Positions 1-8,987 of a DNA stretch of 16,563 nt are shown piece by piece. The DNA is from Fusobacteriota bacterium (lineage in GTDB: Bacteria; Fusobacteriota; Fusobacteriia; Fusobacteriales; JBNJFI01), in NCBI GenBank assembly GCA_051746725.1, contig JBNJFI010000043.1:1-16563 (forward strand), read 5' to 3'. Under the pieces are notes generated by a model. The model did not search any database and had not been told where the DNA came from. It saw only the letters and a list, made by a program, of their open reading frames with translations. The translations under genes were made by a program, and so were the position numbers. Each line of letters starts with the position of its first letter. Position 1 is the first letter of the stretch.

Positions 1-911
1 TACTTTTCTATGGCCCATTTTATAGCCTTTAAAGTTCCTATATTAGTAAGCAAACCAACATGGTTATCTTTAACTAAAATTCTAAATCCAAAATGATCTG
101 TAAGTTCTTTTTCTTTTCCTAGATCTTCAAAAGCCAATTTCCACTCTTCAAATGGAATCGCTGATTCTAATTCAATATACCCAACTCCTGCTAAATCAGT
201 GGCTTCTCCATCCACTGATTCTAAGTCGAGCCAAAGTCTACTTTCAATTCCTCCAACAACTCCCCATTTAGGCCATTTAGTCCCTACTTTTTTGCTTTTT
301 TCCTCCCATTTTTTGTCTAAAAAAGTTAAAAACTCACTACCTCTTTTCAGATCTTTTAACTGACCTACAATACCTACAGATGTTTTTACTCCTGTATTTG
401 GTGTTCCAACAGTTACTATTTTGTAAACAGAATCCCAGTTTTTCTCATTCATTATTGCATATTTTTTAGCAACAAGTCCTCCCATACTATGTGATATCAA
501 TACAACTTTATCTTTTCCTGTAATTATTTTAATATTATTTATTATTTTTTCTAATCTTTTGGCGTATTCTGTTAAATCTCCATCAAAAGTCTCTTTTATA
601 GGACTCAGAGTATAATAAGATATATTAAATACCCACCGATCTGGAATATCATTTATATAATTATGATATATCTTACCTTCTAAATAATACCTCATATCAT
701 AGTGGTTATCATTGGATACCAACTTAGCTGTATCTTCCCAAAATTCCAAACCTCCTCCTATTCCATGAATAAAAACAACAGGATAATCTACTGTTTTAGA
801 GTCTTTGAATATTTTATCCCAACTTTCGGTATCTTTTAAGTATATCCCCTCAGATAATGCTAAAGTAAATATTGCAAAAAAGTAAAAAAATAATAATTGT
901 TTTTTTGACAT
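1..911 (-). CDS. Exported alpha/beta-fold hydrolase (lipase/esterase, PGAP1/DUF676-like), about 303 aa; not in the ORF track
   Basis: Manual translation from ATG at 911 (GGGAG upstream) is open to the window edge: MSKKQLLFFYFFAIFTLALS (signal peptide-like), PVVFIHGIGG (oxyanion loop), VVLISHSMGGLV (nucleophile elbow, 477-494), VTVGTPNTG, C-terminal DNHVGLL. It ends KWAIEK followed by TA at positions 2-1, which may be a truncated stop codon. Confidence 0.88.
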   Translation of the reverse strand, partial: MSKKQLLFFYFFAIFTLALSEGIYLKDTESWDKIFKDSKTVDYPVVFIHGIGGGLEFWEDTAKLVSNDNHYDMRYYLEGKIYHNYINDIPDRWVFNISYYTLSPIKETFDGDLTEYAKRLEKIINNIKIITGKDKVVLISHSMGGLVAKKYAIMNEKNWDSVYKIVTVGTPNTGVKTSVGIVGQLKDLKRGSEFLTFLDKKWEEKSKKVGTKWPKWGVVGGIESRLWLDLESVDGEATDLAGVGYIELESAIPFEEWKLAFEDLGKEKELTDHFGFRILVKDNHVGLLTNIGTLKAIKWAIEK

Positions 912-961
912 TTTAATTTCTCCCATTCTTTATATTTTATAAATTTCTTATATTATACTTT

Positions 962-990
962 ATTGTAGCATTTTCTTTTGGGTTTATCAA
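962..990 (-). promoter_or_regulatory. sigma70-type promoter for the hydrolase gene
   Basis: Minus strand TTGATA (990-985), 17 bp spacer, TACAAT (967-962), with extended -10 TGc. Confidence 0.6.
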
Positions 991-1045
991 TAAAAATTAC
1001 CAATTCGTTGGATATTTTTTTCATTTATAATTTAATTCTAAACAT

Positions 1046-1075
1046 AAATAAAAGAGAATCCCCGAAGGGATCCTC
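1046..1075 (-). terminator. Intrinsic terminator after carB
   Basis: Minus strand GAGGATCCC-TTCG-GGGATTCTC (9 bp stem with one G-U pair, cUUCGg tetraloop) followed by TTTTATTT, 7 nt after the carB stop. Confidence 0.85.
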
Positions 1076-1082
1076 ATAATAT

Positions 1083-4000
1083 TTAACTATTTTGTTTTTC
1101 ATAATATTCTTGCATTGATAATACACCAATTTCAGTATTTTTCTTTTGAGTTATAGCTTGAGCTGTTTCTTTAGCACCTGCTACAGTTGTTACATACGGT
1201 ATACCGTGTAATACAGCATTTTTTCTAATTACTTCTCCATCTCCTCTTGCTGTTTTACCCTTAGTAGTATTAATTATTAAATCTATTTTCTCATTTTTTA
1301 CAAAGTCTAAAATATTTGGCCTTCCCTCTTTTAATTTATTAATTACTTCTATCTTATTTATTCCATGTTCTATTAGATATTTAGCTGTTCCTCTAGAAGC
1401 ATATATATAACTTCCTAATTCAAAAAATTTCTTAGCTATTTCCACCATTTTAGGTTTATCTGCATCTGCTACACTTATATAAACACTATTTCCTGTTCCA
1501 AACTCTTTATTAACAGCATATTGCGCTTTATAAAAACTAATTCCCATATCGTAGTCTATTCCCATTACTTCTCCTGTAGATTTCATTTCAGGACCTAATT
1601 TAGGATCTATCGCTGGGAATTTAACAAACGGAAATACTGCTTCTTTTACAGATATATGTTCTGGAATTATCTCTTCAGTTATCCCCATATCTTTTAACTT
1701 CATACCTAACATAACCTTAGTAGCAATCTTAGCTAAAGGTCTTCCAGTTGCCTTACTTACAAATGGAATGGTTCTTGATGCTCTAGGGTTAACTTCTATT
1801 ACATATACCGTGTCATCATTTGAAACTGCATATTGAATATTCATAACTCCTATAACATTTAATTCCTTGGCCATTTTTTCTGTGCTTTCTCTTATTTCAT
1901 TTAAAACTTCTTTTGAAAAACTTCTTGCTGGTAAAACACACGCACTATCTCCTGAATGTATTCCAGCTTCTTCAATATGTTCCATTATTCCACCAATTAT
2001 AACATCGTCACCATCTGAAATGGCATCAACATCGACTTCTATAGCGCCTTCTAAAAATTTGTCTATTAAAACTGGGTGTTCTGGAGAAACAGATACTGCA
2101 GTAGTCATATATTTTTCTAAACTTTCCATGTCGTATATTATTCTCATAGCTCTTCCACCTAAAACATATGAAGGTCTTACCATTACTGGGAACCCTAATT
2201 CAATTACTATTTCTTTTGCTTCTGGTATAGAAACTGCAATTCCATTTTCGGGTTGTTTTATATCTAATTTATTCAACATCTGAGAAAATTTATCTCTATC
2301 TTCTGCTCTGTCAATACTTTCTGGAGCTGTTCCTATAATATTAACATCTGGATGCTCTTTTAATTTATTTGATATATTAAGAGGAGTTTGACCTCCTAAT
2401 TGTACAATTATTCCATCAGGTTTTTCCTTTTCTACTATATTTAAAACATCTTCTTCTGTCAAAGGTTCAAAGTATAATCTATCAGATGTATCATAATCAG
2501 TTGAAACAGTTTCAGGGTTTGAATTTACCATGATAGATTCATAACCTTCTTCTTGAAGAGCAAATGAAGCATGACAGCAGCAATAATCAAACTCTATACC
2601 TTGACCGATTCTATTTGGTCCACCACCTAATATCATTATTTTCTTTTTATCAGTTGGGTTTGCTTCGCACTCAGATTCATATGACGAATATAAATATGGA
2701 GTATATGCTTTAAACTCTGCTGCACAAGTATCAACCATCTTATAAGTTGGCTCTACCTTTAGGGCTTTCCTTTTTTGCCTAACAGTATCTTCATCGGTAT
2801 TAGTCAAAAAAGCTAACTGTTTGTCACTGAACCCATATTCTTTTGCTTTTTTCATAAGCTCTTTTGATATATCATTTAAATCTTTACCCTCTAATTCATT
2901 TTCAAAATCAACTATTCCTTTTATCTGATATAAATACCATTTATCTATTTTTGTTATATCGTATAATTCATCAACAGTTTTATCAAAATATTTAAACCAA
3001 TATCTTATATATGACATTCTTTCTTCATTTGGAGTCGTTATTTTTTCTATTAGATCTTCTTCACTTGGTATAATATCTTTTCCGTCACATCCCAGTCCAA
3101 TCTTTCCAGTTTCTAAACCTCTAAGAGCTTTTTGAAAAGACGATTTAAATGTTCGACCTATCGCCATTACCTCTCCAACAGATTTCATCTTTGTTGTCAA
3201 AGTTGTATTGGCACCTTCAAATTTTTCAAAAGTCCATCTAGGAATTTTAGTTACCACATAATCTAAAGTTGGTTCAAATGCAACAGTAGTTTCCTTTGTA
3301 ATATCATTTTGCACTTCATCTAATGTATATCCAACTGCAAGTTTGGCTGCTATTTTTGCTATTGGAATCCCTGTAGCCTTTGAAGCTAATGCTGAAGATC
3401 TTGAAACACGAGGATTCATCTCTACTATCATTACTTCCCCATTTTTAGGATTCACAGCAAATTGAACATTACATCCACCTGTATCTACTCCAATTTCTCT
3501 TAAAATATTTATAGACATATCTCTTAAATTCTGATATTCTTTATCGCTTAGAGTTTGAGCTGGAGCTACTGTTATACTATCACCAGTATGAACTCCCATT
3601 GGATCGATATTTTCAATAGAACAAACAACTACAACATTATCATTTTTATCCCTCATTAACTCTAATTCATATTCTTTCCATCCTAAAATAGATTCATCAA
3701 CTAATACCTGATTTATAGGACTATTTTTTATCCCATCTTTTACTATTTCATGATATTCATCAATATTATAGGCTATTCCACCACCTGTTCCTCCTAAGGT
3801 AAACGATGGCCTAATTATTGCTGGAAAACCAATCCTTTTGATTAATTCATTAGCTTCTTCAAGGTTGTGTACAAAATCAGCCCTTGGCATTTTATATCCC
3901 AATTTAGTCATAGAATCTTTAAAGATCTCTCGATCTTCTGCCTTATTTATTGTTTCTAGATTAGCTCCTATTAGTTCAACATTGTACTTTTCCAAAACTC

Positions 4001-4316
4001 CCTCTGAATCTAACTCCAAAGCCATATTCAAGGCAGTTTGTCCACCTAAAGTTGGCAGGACTGCATCGGGTCTTTCTTTAGAAATTATCTTCTCTACAAT
4101 ATCAACTCGAATAGGTTCGATATAAGTCTTATCCGCTATTTCGGGATCTGTCATTATTGTAGCAGGATTTGAGTTTATTAAAATTATCTCATACCCCTCT
4201 TCTTTTAAAGCTTTACACCCCTGAGTTCCTGAATAATCAAATTCACATGCTTGCCCTATCACTATGGGACCAGCACCAATAACTAAAATCTTTTGAATGT
4301 CTTTACGTTTTGGCAT
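1083..4316 (-). CDS. carB: Carbamoyl-phosphate synthase large subunit
   Basis: 1077 aa; [30 protein letters not shown]; two ATP-grasp halves ([36 protein letters not shown]); C-terminal MGS-like domain; GAGGAGGAG RBS. Confidence 0.99.
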   Translation of the reverse strand: MPKRKDIQKILVIGAGPIVIGQACEFDYSGTQGCKALKEEGYEIILINSNPATIMTDPEIADKTYIEPIRVDIVEKIISKERPDAVLPTLGGQTALNMALELDSEGVLEKYNVELIGANLETINKAEDREIFKDSMTKLGYKMPRADFVHNLEEANELIKRIGFPAIIRPSFTLGGTGGGIAYNIDEYHEIVKDGIKNSPINQVLVDESILGWKEYELELMRDKNDNVVVVCSIENIDPMGVHTGDSITVAPAQTLSDKEYQNLRDMSINILREIGVDTGGCNVQFAVNPKNGEVMIVEMNPRVSRSSALASKATGIPIAKIAAKLAVGYTLDEVQNDITKETTVAFEPTLDYVVTKIPRWTFEKFEGANTTLTTKMKSVGEVMAIGRTFKSSFQKALRGLETGKIGLGCDGKDIIPSEEDLIEKITTPNEERMSYIRYWFKYFDKTVDELYDITKIDKWYLYQIKGIVDFENELEGKDLNDISKELMKKAKEYGFSDKQLAFLTNTDEDTVRQKRKALKVEPTYKMVDTCAAEFKAYTPYLYSSYESECEANPTDKKKIMILGGGPNRIGQGIEFDYCCCHASFALQEEGYESIMVNSNPETVSTDYDTSDRLYFEPLTEEDVLNIVEKEKPDGIIVQLGGQTPLNISNKLKEHPDVNIIGTAPESIDRAEDRDKFSQMLNKLDIKQPENGIAVSIPEAKEIVIELGFPVMVRPSYVLGGRAMRIIYDMESLEKYMTTAVSVSPEHPVLIDKFLEGAIEVDVDAISDGDDVIIGGIMEHIEEAGIHSGDSACVLPARSFSKEVLNEIRESTEKMAKELNVIGVMNIQYAVSNDDTVYVIEVNPRASRTIPFVSKATGRPLAKIATKVMLGMKLKDMGITEEIIPEHISVKEAVFPFVKFPAIDPKLGPEMKSTGEVMGIDYDMGISFYKAQYAVNKEFGTGNSVYISVADADKPKMVEIAKKFFELGSYIYASRGTAKYLIEHGINKIEVINKLKEGRPNILDFVKNEKIDLIINTTKGKTARGDGEVIRKNAVLHGIPYVTTVAGAKETAQAITQKKNTEIGVLSMQEYYEKQNS

Positions 4317-4336
4317 TTACTCCTCCTCAAATTTTA

Positions 4337-5683
4337 TTATTCACCTATTAATTCAAAAATATTAATTTTGTCCATTAACTCTATGTCATGTTCTTTTGCA
4401 ATCTCCAATGCTTTTTCTGTGAATTTAGATGTCGAGATTAAAATCCCTTTATCTGCATCATTTACAATCATTTCATTATAAAACTTTTTAACTTCTCCTC
4501 CTGTTACACCAGATGGAGATTTTATCATTTCAATTAAATATCTACCTTGCAATAGAGATTTAAATTTTTCAACACATAAACTCAAAATTACATTTCTACT
4601 ATCTTTTATTAAAGTATGTTCTTTATATCTCATTAATTTTAGCACATCATAATATAGATCTTTAAAATCTGAAGTAGCCAGACTACTATAATCAATCCTA
4701 GATATCATCTTTTCATACTCCTCTGGATGAAGAGTCTTTTTCAGTCTGTTTATTCTTTTCTTTATATCTCTATAATTTGGTATATCTAATCTAATTTTTT
4801 GGTATAAATTATAGGCCTCTTCTATCATATCTTCTTCTTCATAAATAAGAGCTAATTCATATCTCATAAAAGTCACTTTTTCATTTTTTTTGTCATTTCC
4901 CAAAACTGCTTTTTCAAGCAACTCCCTAAGATTTGTTTCATTTTTAGTCTTTATATATGAATTTACAAGCATATAGTAATAATCATCTTTTCGATCTTCG
5001 TCGACCTCTTTAATTTTTTCTAATCTTTCTATTACTTGATTATATTTTTGATTAGAATAATCAACTTCAGCCATTTTATATCGAGCTTCATCATAAGTTG
5101 GATCAATTTCTAAGATTCTTTTATATTGATATCTTTCTTTATTTTCATGATGTAATTCATGGTGTAATTTTGCAAGATTCATTCGAGCATCTATATGAGT
5201 TCGATCTTTATTTAAAACTAAATTGAATTCTTTTATTGCATTATAATTCTTCTCATTTTTCATATATAGTATTCCTAATTGATAATGGAGATTAATATTT
5301 TTAGGGTCTAATCTAAACCCTTTTTTGGCAATTGCAATAGCCTTTTCATAATTTTCCTGTTTTATGTGTAAACTCGTTACAAATGCATATGCATCAGCTT
5401 TTTCTTTGTTGGTTGAGTATCTACTATTTGCTATAGATATCGCCTGTTTTATAGCAAGTGTATAACTTTTTTGTATATTATAAATTTTAGAAAGATATTT
5501 TTTAGCTTCTATACTGTTTGGCTTAGCAGAAGAATAGACTTCTAATAATTCCAACGCTTCATTATAATCGCCATTTTCATAAAAAGCAATGGCTTCTGTT
5601 AATTTACTTTCTCTACTGTAATATATATATACGAAAATAATTAATAAAATTATTAATACTAAAAAAATCTGTAAATATAACAT
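4337..5683 (-). CDS. Membrane-anchored TPR protein with a C-terminal Mrr-like (PD-(D/E)xK fold) domain, active site apparently degenerate
   Basis: aa 1-22 hydrophobic helix; aa ~27-315 TPR-like repeats (e.g. LHYQLGILYMKNEKNYNAIKEFNLVLNKD, RYELALIYEEEDMIEEAYNLYQKI); aa ~333-446 match the Mrr_cat pattern (DFKDLYYDVLKLMRY ... VTGGEVKKF ... ADKGILISTSKFTEKALEIAKEHDIELMD). AAGGAG RBS lies inside the end of the upstream gene. Confidence 0.82.
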   Translation of the reverse strand: MLYLQIFLVLIILLIIFVYIYYSRESKLTEAIAFYENGDYNEALELLEVYSSAKPNSIEAKKYLSKIYNIQKSYTLAIKQAISIANSRYSTNKEKADAYAFVTSLHIKQENYEKAIAIAKKGFRLDPKNINLHYQLGILYMKNEKNYNAIKEFNLVLNKDRTHIDARMNLAKLHHELHHENKERYQYKRILEIDPTYDEARYKMAEVDYSNQKYNQVIERLEKIKEVDEDRKDDYYYMLVNSYIKTKNETNLRELLEKAVLGNDKKNEKVTFMRYELALIYEEEDMIEEAYNLYQKIRLDIPNYRDIKKRINRLKKTLHPEEYEKMISRIDYSSLATSDFKDLYYDVLKLMRYKEHTLIKDSRNVILSLCVEKFKSLLQGRYLIEMIKSPSGVTGGEVKKFYNEMIVNDADKGILISTSKFTEKALEIAKEHDIELMDKINIFELIGE

Positions 5684-5684
5684 T

Positions 5685-6233
5685 TTAGTCTCCTTTTAAC
5701 AACAAGTTATCCTTTTTGAAAAAATCTGATAAATTTATATATCCCCCTAGGGTTTCAACTTCTTTATTTTCAATTAAAATTTTTACTTGAGTAATTCCAT
5801 TTAAATCTGTAATGGTGTTTACTATGGAATATATTACCAATAATTCTTCTGTTGAATTATTTATCCCCTCCTTTAAAACATCATTTACATTTAGATATAA
5901 TTTTTCATCATCGATAAATACATTAATCACTCTTGTATTGTTTCTTATCAAATTATTTTTTTCTATTAATTTATTAAAAATTAGTTTTACTTTTTGATTT
6001 AAATCTTCATAATCAGAAATCTCTATTTCCTGTTTTTTCAAGTTCTTTTTTCGTTTATCAGGCACATATATATTAACAATTTCTGACTCAACATCCTCAA
6101 CTATAATATCAGTATCATGTGAGTCCAAATCTACAGTTTTATATTCTGGAGCAGTTATTATATTTATATAATATAGATACCCTGTAGCTAAAGTTATTAA
6201 TAATAAAATAAGTAAAACTTTAAAATTTTTCAT
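5685..6233 (-). CDS. GerMN-domain protein with N-terminal membrane anchor/signal
   Basis: 182 aa; N-terminal hydrophobic segment; ELLVIYSIVNTITDLNGITQVKILIENKEVETLGGYINLS is the typical GerMN pattern; AAGGAG RBS; directly downstream of an amidase. Confidence 0.88.
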   Translation of the reverse strand: MKNFKVLLILLLITLATGYLYYINIITAPEYKTVDLDSHDTDIIVEDVESEIVNIYVPDKRKKNLKKQEIEISDYEDLNQKVKLIFNKLIEKNNLIRNNTRVINVFIDDEKLYLNVNDVLKEGINNSTEELLVIYSIVNTITDLNGITQVKILIENKEVETLGGYINLSDFFKKDNLLLKGD

Positions 6234-6258
6234 AATTTCTCCTTATTTTCAATTTATA

Positions 6259-7278
6259 TTAATTAAAATATTTATCTATTTCCTCTGAAATACCAGTAGC
6301 TATCCTTTTTTGATACCATCTAGTTGCCAACTTTTTTGCCTCATTTACATTACTTATAAAACCAGCTTCTATTAAAACTGCTGGAGCCTTTGTACCTCGC
6401 AAAACTGAAAAATTAGCTCCATAAATACCTCGGGATTTGAATTTAGTCTTTTTTGCTAAGTTATCTTCTATGTTTCTCGCTATTTTTACACTTCTTTCCT
6501 GATTCATAGAATACGATATATCATTAACTATTAACTCAGCATAATCATTCGTTATCCCAAATTCTTCATCAACTTTATTTTCAAATTCAGCTACTTGTTT
6601 TGCATAGTCTGATGACCTTCTTGAGTAATAAAAAGTTTCGACTCCACTTGCTCTACTACTTCTATTAGCATTTAAGTGAATACTTATAAATAAATCTGCT
6701 TTATAATCATTAGCTATTTTACTTCTAGATCCTAGAGGTATAAATACATCCTTATCTCTAGTTAATAAAACGTCATAACGATCATCTAATTTTTCTTTTA
6801 AGTCCTTTGCCATATTTAAAACTATGTCTTTTTCATATAAATTTCTATATCCAACTGCTCCTGGGTCTTTTCCTCCATGACCTGGATCTATAACAATTCT
6901 TTTACGATCATCTCCATAACTTAAATTTAAAACTAATCTTCTGGGATTTTCTAAAAATTGATCCTTAAATTCTACATTTTTGTTTAATTTTATAAAGAAA
7001 TCTGTGACATTTTCAAAGTTAATCATTTGTATGTTTTTTATATAATTTCCATTTATATTCATATTTTTTAAATTAGAATTTAATTTGGTATCTTGAAACT
7101 CAATAAATATAAGTCTATTTTCATCATCATATGTTATAAGAGGCTTTTCTATCCCTTTATCATCTATATTAAATATAACAGAATTTTTCCCTAGTTTTAT
7201 ATCTAAAACTTCCGATAAATCCTTTGCATTTATAATAATACCAATTAAAACCATTAAAATCATTAGAGTTTTTTTCAT
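6259..7278 (-). CDS. N-acetylmuramoyl-L-alanine amidase (AmiC-like: signal peptide, probable AMIN domain, Amidase_3), 339 aa
   Basis: Zn-amidase motifs IDPGHGGKDPGA, EKDIVL, FISIHLNA, LIEAGF; LENPRRLVLNL is AMIN-like. Start moved from 7326 to ATG 7278 because AGGGGG precedes it, MKKTLMILMVLIGIIINA is signal-like, and 7326 lies in the upstream terminator tail. Confidence 0.93.
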   Translation of the reverse strand: MKKTLMILMVLIGIIINAKDLSEVLDIKLGKNSVIFNIDDKGIEKPLITYDDENRLIFIEFQDTKLNSNLKNMNINGNYIKNIQMINFENVTDFFIKLNKNVEFKDQFLENPRRLVLNLSYGDDRKRIVIDPGHGGKDPGAVGYRNLYEKDIVLNMAKDLKEKLDDRYDVLLTRDKDVFIPLGSRSKIANDYKADLFISIHLNANRSSRASGVETFYYSRRSSDYAKQVAEFENKVDEEFGITNDYAELIVNDISYSMNQERSVKIARNIEDNLAKKTKFKSRGIYGANFSVLRGTKAPAVLIEAGFISNVNEAKKLATRWYQKRIATGISEEIDKYFN

Positions 7279-7324
7279 TTTTCCCCCTATTACTTTCCTT
7301 ATATAAAATTTTCTCTTTACTTTC

Positions 7325-7353
7325 AAAAAAGCGACAAGTATACTTGTCGCTTT
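7325..7353 (-). terminator. Intrinsic terminator after yajC
   Basis: Perfect 26 bp palindrome AAAGCGACAAGTATACTTGTCGCTTT (7328-7353); on the minus strand the stem is followed by six T. Confidence 0.82.
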
Positions 7354-7359
7354 CTCTGT

Positions 7360-7677
7360 TTATTCTACCACAGTTGATACTGCAGATTTTTTAATTGTAA
7401 GTTTCACACCTTTATCTACTCTAATTTCGTAATACCTATCTGTAATTGAAACTATTTCGCCCTTAATTCCTCCTGAAGTTATTATATTATCACCTTTTGA
7501 TAAGCTTTCTATTAATTCTTTATGTTCTTTGGCTTTTTTCCGTTGTGGTCTTATTAAAATAAAATAAAATACACCAATCCATACAGCAACTGTTAATACA
7601 ATAGAAAAAATCCCGCCTCCTGAAGCTTGAGCCTGTGCTCCACCTTCAGCATATAAAACAAAATTATTAAAACCCAT
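7360..7677 (-). CDS. yajC: Preprotein translocase subunit YajC
   Basis: 105 aa; single TM then FYFILIRPQRKKAKEH ... LSKGDNIITSGGIKGEI; GAGGGAG RBS. Confidence 0.96.
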   Translation of the reverse strand: MGFNNFVLYAEGGAQAQASGGGIFSIVLTVAVWIGVFYFILIRPQRKKAKEHKELIESLSKGDNIITSGGIKGEIVSITDRYYEIRVDKGVKLTIKKSAVSTVVE

Positions 7678-7709
7678 TATACCGCTCCCTCTATAATTTA
7701 TTTTTTAGT

Positions 7710-7738
7710 ATTATACCATAGATATCATACTTTTTCAA
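7710..7738 (-). promoter_or_regulatory. sigma70-type promoter for yajC
   Basis: Minus strand TTGAAA (7738-7733), 17 bp spacer, TATAAT (7715-7710), with extended -10 TGg; abuts the dnaJ stop codon. Confidence 0.75.
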
Positions 7739-8881
7739 TTATTTTTTGAATTTCTCTGCAATCTTATCTAAAAAACTCTTTATTTTAGAATTATTTTTTT
7801 CTTCCATTTTTTCATCGAATTTTTTAAGTAATTCTTTTTGTTCTTTATTCAAATTTGTCGGAACTTCAACAGTAATTTTAACTAATTCATCTCCTGTTCC
7901 ATATCCTCTTAAATTCGGTATTCCTTTACCTTTTAATCTAAACACTTTTCCATTTTGGGTTCCAGCAGGTATCTTTATCTTAGTTTTCTTTTCTAGAGTA
8001 GGAATTTCTATTTCATCTCCTAATGTTGCAGTTGTAAAACTAATTGGAACTTCACAAACAATGTTATTATCTCTTCTAGTGAATATGCTATGAGGTTTTA
8101 CATTAATATAGATGTATAAATCTCCATAATTCCCACCATTTTCTCCTACATTTCCACCGCCGCTAATTCGAACTTTCTGACCAGTTTCAACTCCAGCAGG
8201 TATTTTAACTTTTTTGGTAACAGTTGTTTTTGTTTCTCCTGTACCATTACACGAAGAGCATTTTTCATTTGGAACTTTTCCTTTTCCGTTACATGTTGAG
8301 CATGTTGATACATTTACAAATTGTCCAAACATACTATTTGTTTGTTGTTTTACCTCTCCTGTACCGTTACATGTTGAGCATGTTTCTAAATCACTTCCTG
8401 GTTTAGCTCCACTTCCATTACATGTTGAACAAGCTTCTTTTCTTCTATATTTTATCTCTTTTTGTACTCCTTTAGCCGCCTCTTCTAGAGTAATATCAAG
8501 ATTGTATCTTAAATCTTCTCCATGACGAACCTGTCTTCTAGCTCGACCAGATGACCTTCCGCCTCCAAAAAAGCTGCTAAATATATCTCCAATATCATCG
8601 AAGTCTCCAAATCCTGCACCTCCGAATCCACCTCCAGGTCCACCGGCTCCACCTTCAAAAGCCGAATGTCCAAATCTGTCATACTTAGCTCGCTTATCAG
8701 AATCTGATAAAACTTCATAAGCTTCTGATATTTTTTTAAATTTTTCTTCTGACCCTTTATCTCCAGAAGTTTTATCTGGATGATATTTCATAGCTAGTTT
8801 TCGATAAGCTTTTTTGATTTCTCTATCAGTTGCATCCTTTGATACCCCTAATATATCATAATAATCTTGTTTGTTTGACAT
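7739..8881 (-). CDS. dnaJ: Chaperone DnaJ (class A J-protein), 380 aa
   Basis: J domain with HPD, G/F-rich linker with DIF motif, four CxxCxGxG repeats, C-terminal domain. ATG 8881 is preferred over TTG 8884 on spacing from AAAGGAG (6 nt). Confidence 0.98.
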   Translation of the reverse strand: MSNKQDYYDILGVSKDATDREIKKAYRKLAMKYHPDKTSGDKGSEEKFKKISEAYEVLSDSDKRAKYDRFGHSAFEGGAGGPGGGFGGAGFGDFDDIGDIFSSFFGGGRSSGRARRQVRHGEDLRYNLDITLEEAAKGVQKEIKYRRKEACSTCNGSGAKPGSDLETCSTCNGTGEVKQQTNSMFGQFVNVSTCSTCNGKGKVPNEKCSSCNGTGETKTTVTKKVKIPAGVETGQKVRISGGGNVGENGGNYGDLYIYINVKPHSIFTRRDNNIVCEVPISFTTATLGDEIEIPTLEKKTKIKIPAGTQNGKVFRLKGKGIPNLRGYGTGDELVKITVEVPTNLNKEQKELLKKFDEKMEEKNNSKIKSFLDKIAEKFKK

Positions 8882-8932
8882 CAATTTCTCCTTTCTTTCA
8901 TTATTAAATCTCTTTGTTCCTCTTATTTATTC

Positions 8933-8964
8933 AAAAAAAGGGGAGAGAATTAATCCCTCCCCTT
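8933..8964 (-). terminator. Intrinsic terminator between dnaK and dnaJ
   Basis: Minus strand AAGGGGAGGGA-TTAAT-TCTCTCCCC followed by seven T. Confidence 0.8.
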
Positions 8965-8987
8965 CTATATTTTTCATATTTTATTTT

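Noticed and set aside
876..906. Homopolymer runs of 6-7 nt in the hydrolase signal peptide as possible phase-variation tracts
   Set aside because: Runs this short are common throughout this AT-rich window and the frame is intact.
1867..4481. Plus-strand ORFs 1867-2283, 3838-4125 and 4293-4481
   Set aside because: Antisense shadows of carB and the TPR gene; Ser/Ile/Phe-rich with no recognisable motifs.
4337..4690. Calling the Mrr-like domain an active restriction or anti-phage system
   Set aside because: Catalytic motifs look degenerate, and no methyltransferase, other defence gene or mobility gene is in the window.
7279..7326. ORF-track starts at 7326 (amidase), 8884 (dnaJ), 13581 (binding protein) and 16539 (reductase)
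   Set aside because: Better RBS spacing and signal peptides support 7278, 8881 and 13557; the reductase frame continues beyond the window.
8286..8431. 21 bp direct repeat CCGTTACATGTTGAGCATGTT at 8286 and 8364, with a partial copy near 8415
   Set aside because: Encodes the DnaJ CxxCxGxG zinc-finger repeats; irregular spacing, not a CRISPR array.
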